Below are positions 26,446 to 27,537 of a DNA stretch of 27,537 nucleotides, piece by piece. The stretch spans positions 1 to 27,537 of IMG/VR virus record IMGVR_UViG_3300030708_003550. The stretch is one strand, 5' to 3'. The notes below the pieces were generated by a model, which saw only the letters and a list, made by a program, of their open reading frames with translations, did not search any database and was not told where the DNA came from. Position 1 is the stretch's first letter; each line of letters opens with the position of its first letter. This DNA is from a virus (Duplodnaviria; Caudoviricetes). A program made the translations under genes and the position numbers.

Positions 26446-26495
26446 CCAAACTGGGTGCTCTTCTCCACTATATGGTCATGTGTGATGAGTGCTCA

Positions 26496-27275
26496 TTATA
26501 ATCCAAACATATCAGCGGCCACCACAAAGTCTGAAGGGTCACCTTTTTGTTTATCCAATTTGATTATTCTCACTCTTTTCAAATGCTTCTTCAACATCTG
26601 TGCTAATTTTTTTGATTCTTTTTCATCATCCATGAAAAAACTAAATCCACCACTACCAGTTGCCATCTTTTGTACTGATTTTAATTTGAGTGACTTTGCT
26701 AATTTATTCATCACATCTTTCATTCTGTCCTCAATACCTTCTTTCTTAACACAATTTCTATATCTTTTACCAAACATAATCTTGGTCTTTCTTGTGGGAT
26801 GAGTCATGTATCCTTTTTGACAAGCCTCATATAAATTTTTTACTACCACAAGTTCCATTTTCTGTTTGTCTTCTTGTGTTAGACCTGGATTCTTTTGAGC
26901 TCCTTTGTTCCAACCATACATTAACTTACTAAGCGGTATAAGATGTTTCTTAACATTCTTCATCAAAATTTTTCCATCGGTCTTATCACCTTTTAGTTTG
27001 GTGATTTTATCAGCTATCTCGATACATTTGTCATTAAAATCTTGGAGAGCGTCAGCAAATTCCTTGTAAATATTAATGGCTTTGTTTTTCTGTTCACTAA
27101 CCTTCTTTGGTAAATCATCGTGTTTAGTCTTGGCGTACTTCTTAACAGACTTCTTACTCATTGACTTTGCTGCCTGTTTGATAGCAGAACTGACCTTACT
27201 AGCTGGTACTTCACCTTTTTTGTAAGCATGTACCAATCCCATGAACTTTTGTTGTTGTTTGGATTTAGCTGGCAT
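26496..27275 (-). CDS. Multi-module basic protein with an N-terminal DUF3008-like segment
   Basis: MPAKSKQQQKFMG...K.G......AAKSMS.......A.TK...LP resembles DUF3008; internal CQKGY...K...GK...NCV module. Confidence 0.7.
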   Translation of the reverse strand: MPAKSKQQQKFMGLVHAYKKGEVPASKVSSAIKQAAKSMSKKSVKKYAKTKHDDLPKKVSEQKNKAINIYKEFADALQDFNDKCIEIADKITKLKGDKTDGKILMKNVKKHLIPLSKLMYGWNKGAQKNPGLTQEDKQKMELVVVKNLYEACQKGYMTHPTRKTKIMFGKRYRNCVKKEGIEDRMKDVMNKLAKSLKLKSVQKMATGSGGFSFFMDDEKESKKLAQMLKKHLKRVRIIKLDKQKGDPSDFVVAADMFGL

Positions 27276-27537
27276 CTAACTCTTCTTTGATAATTTTTTT
27301 GATAACATACTTGAGAACCTCTTCCTTGTTCTCCTTGACATATTCCTTTGCCTCTTTCTTTCCTAAATCATCTGAATCAACCGATTTTTCTCTTTGTACT
27401 GCGTACTCACCATATGGGTCATAGCCTGTTTCACGATAATGTTCTTCCTGACCCGGATAAAAAACTCCTTGTCTTGTCTGTATAGGTTGTGCAACCATTG
27501 GATTTTCTTTTGCCATCTTTTCAGCCTTTTGAACAGC
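27265..27537 (-). CDS. Hypothetical protein, probably 5'-partial
   Basis: The frame stays open from 27516 to the window edge (GCT GTT CAA AAG GCT GAA AAG ATG) with no SD before that ATG; ends VIKKIIKEELDAS. Confidence 0.6.
   Translation of the reverse strand, partial: AVQKAEKMAKENPMVAQPIQTRQGVFYPGQEEHYRETGYDPYGEYAVQREKSVDSDDLGKKEAKEYVKENKEEVLKYVIKKIIKEELDAS

Noticed and set aside
1-27537. Genome-wide stop-codon reassignment
   Set aside because: Genes are intact in the standard code, TAG and TGA each end real genes, and Trp is encoded by TGG. Only one suspicious in-frame UGA was found (26476).
1-27537. tRNA, rRNA, introns, inteins, portal and prohead protease genes
   Set aside because: No cloverleaf or splicing motifs were seen and the intergenic gaps are short. 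Portal and protease genes are not recognisable here and presumably lie outside the window.

Overview
This window is the late, virion-morphogenesis region of a large, AT-rich, T4-like contractile-tailed phage. Every credible gene is on the minus strand. In transcription order (right to left) it encodes: about 6 kb of Lys-rich modular proteins that look like prohead-protease-processed internal head cargo; a phage-encoded ribosomal protein bS21 (rpsU); an acidic scaffold (gp22-like); the major capsid protein (gp23-like); neck proteins (gp13- and gp14-like); a gp15-like tail terminator fused to a fibre-like extension; a PAP2/haloperoxidase-fold enzyme; a small Zn-finger protein; five Ser/Gly/Thr-rich fibre or adhesin proteins (one with cadherin-like repeats, one with an S74 chaperone); tail sheath; tail tube; a 50-aa membrane protein missed by the ORF track; and a gp26-like baseplate hub protein. 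An ATATTTAT motif, the likely late promoter, sits upstream of ten start sites on the coding strand. Main candidates for something new: a shared K-L-K-x-L-x(1-4)-E N-terminal tag plus [LIVM]-x-E-linked polyprotein cargo, an in-frame UGA followed by a hairpin, and a three-way-junction RNA leader. Family assignments come from motif recognition, not database searches.
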